The notes below the pieces were generated by a model. It was not told where the DNA came from, did no database searches, and worked only from the letters and a program-made list of their open reading frames with translations. Source: an uncultured cyanobacterium (GTDB lineage Bacteria; Cyanobacteriota; Cyanobacteriia; CAKZMO01). Taken from it: 64,000 nucleotides of DNA. Position 1 is the first letter of the stretch; every line of letters starts with the position of its first letter. The DNA is taken from NCBI GenBank assembly GCA_963719515.1, contig CAVRCJ010000007.1, positions 130,287-194,286 on the forward strand, given 5' to 3'. Made by a program: the position numbers and the translations under genes. This document shows positions 60,141 through 64,000 of the stretch, one piece after another.

Positions 60141-60537
60141 CGCTTCAGGCTTCGCCACGGATTAACACCTTAGCGAACTTTGAGGAAAGATGCCGCCTCC
60201 GCCCGATGGGACCTGCTCCAGCTGAAGTCCAGCATTCATAGGTCAGAAGAGCCGATTCAACAATCTGGCCTAGGGCACCGCCCTATTTCTGAAAATTCGT
60301 GGTTAAATGTGTCATGAATTGCGCATCATCCCAGTTCCTCTGGCCGCCTTCGTGGTGCTTGGATTAGTGAGAAGGGTTCAGATTAAGGGTCGCGCCTTTG
60401 GCGACTCAACTTGGGTTCTTTACCGCGGAAAGGCGTCTGCTCTTTTGGCACGACCGCCGCTCTCCTGACGCTACTTCCCTGCTTGTTCCCAAACAAGATT
60501 GCGCTAGTCTGATTTAACCCAATCCGTCACCCTGCTC

Positions 60538-62784
60538 ATGAGCCAGCTCGATCCCTCACTTTCTCCTAATCTTGGTCGCGCCGATCTTGTGCCTGTTCCC
60601 AAGGTCGGTCGCTCGCTCGCGTCTTGGCGGTGGCTTGCTGTAGCCTCTGCCCTTTGTATGGCTATGGGCGCAGCCGCCGTGAGCGCCTTTCTGTGGCTGC
60701 TGTCGGTACCCACCGCTCCAGACTGTCAGCGGTTGTCGTCCCTGTCCCCTGATATCGATCGCCTCTACTGCTCTCAAATCGCCGCCTCATCGGGGAACGT
60801 CGACGATCTGCTGTCTGGGCTAGCGCTAATGGCCAGCTGGGATGAGACCCATCCTCTCTATGCTGAAGCTCAGAACTGGATGGAAGAGTGGTCTTCCTCA
60901 ATTTTAGAGATTGCTCGCGACGCCGTACGGCAGGGAGATCTAGAGCGGGGTCGACAGCTCTCTCAGCAAATTCCAGCCAGCAGCCCGTCCTACGACGATG
61001 CTGTGGCAGCTTTGGCCCAGTGGGATGAAACCTGGACTTGGGGCGAAGACCTAATGCAGCAAGCTCAAGAGGCGATCAAGGCGAGCAACTGGGGTGAAGT
61101 GACCGCTATTGTGCAGGTGCTGCGGCGTTCGGAATATCGCTATTGGCGGCTCCAGCAGCCCCAGATGCTGAACGAGCAGGTGACCTTAGAGAAGGCAGCT
61201 CAGCGACAGCGGGCTGACGTTCTCCGTCTGGCCCGGCCTGGAAGCCTGGAGGCGCTTCGTCAGGCGATCGCCCTTGCTCAGCAAGTTGACCCAGACACCT
61301 ACGCCTGGGCTCAGCTCCAGCCTAGCTTGAACCAGTGGGGCAATCGCCTGCTAGATCAAGGTCTCAAAGACTGGTACGCCACGCGGTTGCCAGAGGCGAT
61401 CGCCGGGGGATCGCTGGTGACCGATATTCCCGATCTGGCGATCGATGCCCACGACCTGATGATTCTGAGCCGTGCTCGGCAGCGGGCCATGGACAGCTTT
61501 ACCCACTGGGCGCCGACCGTTTCTCACCTGTGGGAGCTCAACCGCGCCATTGCTACAGCAAAAGCAATTACGCCAGGGAGCCGATTCTATCCTCAGGCGG
61601 CAGCGAGCATCGTCAGCTGGGAGCGCCAGCTTCTAGACCTGAGTCAGCTTTATCAGGCGCGGCTAGCGGCAGATGGTCAGCAAATTTCCTCTTACCAAGC
61701 GGCCATTTCTAGCGCGGCTGTTGTCGAGGCAGGGCGGATGCGGCGGATGCAGGCTCAAACCCTGGCAGCCCATTGGCAGCAGGAGATTGAGCGGATTGAA
61801 GATGCGCCTCGACTGCAGGCTGCTCGACAGCTCGCCAAGCCAGGTGCTGTAGAGGATTTGCGGTCTGCGATCGCCCGCGCTGGCCAAATCGAGTCCGACC
61901 GAGCCCTCTACCCAGAGGCCCAAGGGGCAATCGCCCAGTGGACGAATCAAATTCAGACCATTGAAGATCAGCCTATTCTCGATAGAGCTAGACGCTACGC
62001 CAGTCAGGGACGCCTCCGCCAGGCGGTTCAAGAGGTCTCAGCCGTTCGGGGCGGACGGGCGCTGTCTGGAGAAGCCACTGCCCTAAGGCGGCAGTGGCAG
62101 GCCCGGCTCAACGCCGCTGCCCGCCCCGAACGGCCCCCGTCGACATCATCGCCCAAAGCCGTAACGCCGACTCCGGAGCCAGCGCCTCCTCCGGTGCGGC
62201 AGCCCAAAGTGCAGCGGCCTGCAGCCACCCTTCCCCCACAGTCTGTACCACCAGTCTTGCGGCCCGCTCCCCAGGACATCGTTCCCCCCGAACCCGAGGC
62301 GAGTCCATCTCAACCCCCGTTGTTCAATCAATCTCCTGCGTCCGGCCTCTATCCTTCCGAAATGCCGACGCGGCTAACCCCAGCGCCCCCCCGTTTTTCC
62401 AACGAGTTTGTGGACGAGACCGGCAGCGTGGCTGAACCCGTCACTGGCGCTCCCCCCCCTTGTTGGAGCCGCCAGCGCCTCCCCCGGCTCCCCCCCCCGG
62501 CTCCCCCCCGGGCAGCGCCTAGCCCAGCTGCACCTGCTCCGGTCTTGGAGCGCTCCGCCTTGCCTGAGCTGGCCCCAGAGACAGGCGATGCCCTAGAGCC
62601 CCAATCGCGCGCGCTTCCCTCCCCCCAAGCTGCGCCGGCTTTGGCAGACGCTCAGCTAAAGGCCAGCTCGATTGTCGCGCCGCCAGAGCTGGTAGACCTG
62701 CTGCCAGAAACCGCCTCAGCTCGATTCTTGGGCGATAGTGAGGCATTTCCGCTGCTCTACGCAGCTCCGCTGTTTGTGATGTAG
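60538..62784 (+). CDS. Membrane-anchored helical-repeat protein with Pro-rich tail
   Basis: N-terminal TM, PTAPDC..LYC, repeated AIxxAxxI..Y..AQ..I..W units. Confidence 0.75.
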   Translation: MSQLDPSLSPNLGRADLVPVPKVGRSLASWRWLAVASALCMAMGAAAVSAFLWLLSVPTAPDCQRLSSLSPDIDRLYCSQIAASSGNVDDLLSGLALMASWDETHPLYAEAQNWMEEWSSSILEIARDAVRQGDLERGRQLSQQIPASSPSYDDAVAALAQWDETWTWGEDLMQQAQEAIKASNWGEVTAIVQVLRRSEYRYWRLQQPQMLNEQVTLEKAAQRQRADVLRLARPGSLEALRQAIALAQQVDPDTYAWAQLQPSLNQWGNRLLDQGLKDWYATRLPEAIAGGSLVTDIPDLAIDAHDLMILSRARQRAMDSFTHWAPTVSHLWELNRAIATAKAITPGSRFYPQAAASIVSWERQLLDLSQLYQARLAADGQQISSYQAAISSAAVVEAGRMRRMQAQTLAAHWQQEIERIEDAPRLQAARQLAKPGAVEDLRSAIARAGQIESDRALYPEAQGAIAQWTNQIQTIEDQPILDRARRYASQGRLRQAVQEVSAVRGGRALSGEATALRRQWQARLNAAARPERPPSTSSPKAVTPTPEPAPPPVRQPKVQRPAATLPPQSVPPVLRPAPQDIVPPEPEASPSQPPLFNQSPASGLYPSEMPTRLTPAPPRFSNEFVDETGSVAEPVTGAPPPCWSRQRLPRLPPPAPPRAAPSPAAPAPVLERSALPELAPETGDALEPQSRALPSPQAAPALADAQLKASSIVAPPELVDLLPETASARFLGDSEAFPLLYAAPLFVM

Positions 62785-62807
62785 CGCCGTGGATTTACCG
62801 TAGCTTT

Positions 62808-63464
62808 ATGGATCGCAATAGCCTTGAACGCCAGTACGCTCCTGCCACTGAGCGTAACCGAGACCCAATTCTCACCGTACTTCAGCGAGTTCTCCCCCCG
62901 ACGGGCACGGTGCTTGAGGTCTCTAGCGGTACCGGGCAGCACGCCGCCTATTTTGCGCCACGCCTCCAGCCTCGGCGGTGGCTGCCCTCTGACTATGACC
63001 AGCAGGCCCTCAGCAGCATCGCGGCGTGGCGACAGCACCAGCCCGCCGAGACTCTTTGCCCTCCGCTACAGCTCGATGCTCAAGCCCCAGTCTGGCCGGT
63101 CGAGTCCGCTTTGGCCGCTGACCTAGATCCCACCATTGCCAGCGAAATTTCCGCTCACCCCATCACCGCTATTGTCAACATCAACATGCTGCGTATTTCC
63201 CCCTGGGAAGCCGGTTTAGGGCTATTTGCCGGGGCAGGTCGTCTGTTCCGGCAGGCGGAGCGCTGTATCTCTACGGTCCGTTCCGCGCCCAGGGGCAGCT
63301 CGTTCGAGCAATGCGGCCTTTGATGAAACGCTTCAAAGCCGAAACCCGCTCTGGGGGGTGCGGATCTCGAGGCGGTCGTGGCGGCAGCGCAGACTCAGGG
63401 CCTAAGCCTAGTTGAGCAGGTGGCTATGCCTGCCAACAACCTGTCCCTCGTATTTGAGGCTTGA
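62808..63464 (+). pseudogene. DUF938-type SAM methyltransferase interrupted by ~3 frameshifts (or assembly errors)
   Basis: APATERNRDPIL, VLEVSSGTGQH; LYLYGPF, SNAAFD and MPANNL occur in successive different frames. Confidence 0.8.
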
Positions 63465-64000
63465 GCATAGTGCCCTTCGTCTGCTGGCCTCGGTCCGAGG
63501 GATACCCTGCCAATGGGTGGCCAGAGGGCTCTCCTCTAAAATCGACTCAACCCAGTCATTCTGCTGGGAAGACAGCTTATCTTTCCAGGCTGAGGCGATC
63601 GCCTCGGAGGAGCCTACAGGCTTTTGAATTTTCGCTTCAATCTCCTGGGTCCACGGCAGCCCAGATGCAGCGTAGATCCGCTTCATCACGCCGACCGGGT
63701 TGTGCACCAGATCCTCGTAGATCACCAGCACGTAGTTTGCACTCCCCTGCCCCGCCTGGTAGATTATCTCATTGGCGTAGCGCCAGTACCACAGCTCGAG
63801 TTCATCGACAGACAGGGCCTCTAGGCTGCCCATACGCTGGGACCAGGCGGGACTAGCGGCCGCTAAAGGCTTGAGGCGATCGATGTTGGCCTGCTTCACC
63901 TGTTCGAGCGCGCGACTGTCAACGTAGCGATTGCGCCAGGAGTTTAGGAATCCGCCGGGGTGTCTGATGATGTGGACTACTGAGCTTTGAGGGCGGTGCT
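63408..64000 (-). CDS. Sulfotransferase family protein, C-terminal part (truncated by window edge)
   Basis: Frame is open to the edge: VHIIRHPGGFLNSW (3'-PB motif), VIYEDLVHNP..RIY..GLPW; true C-terminus uncertain. Confidence 0.75.
   Translation of the reverse strand, partial: HRPQSSVVHIIRHPGGFLNSWRNRYVDSRALEQVKQANIDRLKPLAAASPAWSQRMGSLEALSVDELELWYWRYANEIIYQAGQGSANYVLVIYEDLVHNPVGVMKRIYAASGLPWTQEIEAKIQKPVGSSEAIASAWKDKLSSQQNDWVESILEESPLATHWQGIPRTEASRRRALCSSLKYEGQVVGRHSHLLN

Noticed and set aside
1..64000. Many antisense or overlapping ORFs in the track; tRNA/rRNA genes
   Set aside because: The ORFs are shadows of GC-rich real genes; no tRNA or rRNA pattern was recognised.

Overview
Cyanobacterial chromosome segment: the HIP1 octamer GCGATCGC is very frequent and the gene content is Leptolyngbya/Nodosilinea-like. 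Bases 1-22 kb are mostly core genes: dapA fragment, RNase J, rpaA, zds, DICT-GAF kinase, ndhR/ccmR, dnaK3-dnaJ, sigF, prfB with its +1 frameshift, ybeY, dgkA, trpG and pepP. Bases 22-50 kb are accessory. The main find is a two-gene module: a LodB/GoxB/QhpG-like flavoprotein (31473-32507) and a ~797-aa 'hypothetical' protein (27604-29997). The large protein carries recognisable but highly diverged versions of the LodA/GoxA motifs in the right order, including D-x3-C...WP. It is therefore a candidate new family of cysteine-tryptophylquinone (CTQ) oxidases. The two genes are split by a TnpB element that carries a small RHH gene instead of tnpA. Also present: nested MITEs, a tnpB-less element with an omegaRNA-like right end, a DXCF cyanobacteriochrome kinase, a Liv-type ABC system with a triple fusion, and a hybrid kinase/GGDEF-EAL pair. 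Bases 50-64 kb hold a metal island (znuACB divergent from petJ-TPR-petRP, with Zur and PetR boxes), cyAbrB, a PhoD-like phosphatase and frameshifted genes near the end. All calls come from reading motifs by eye; no database searches were run.
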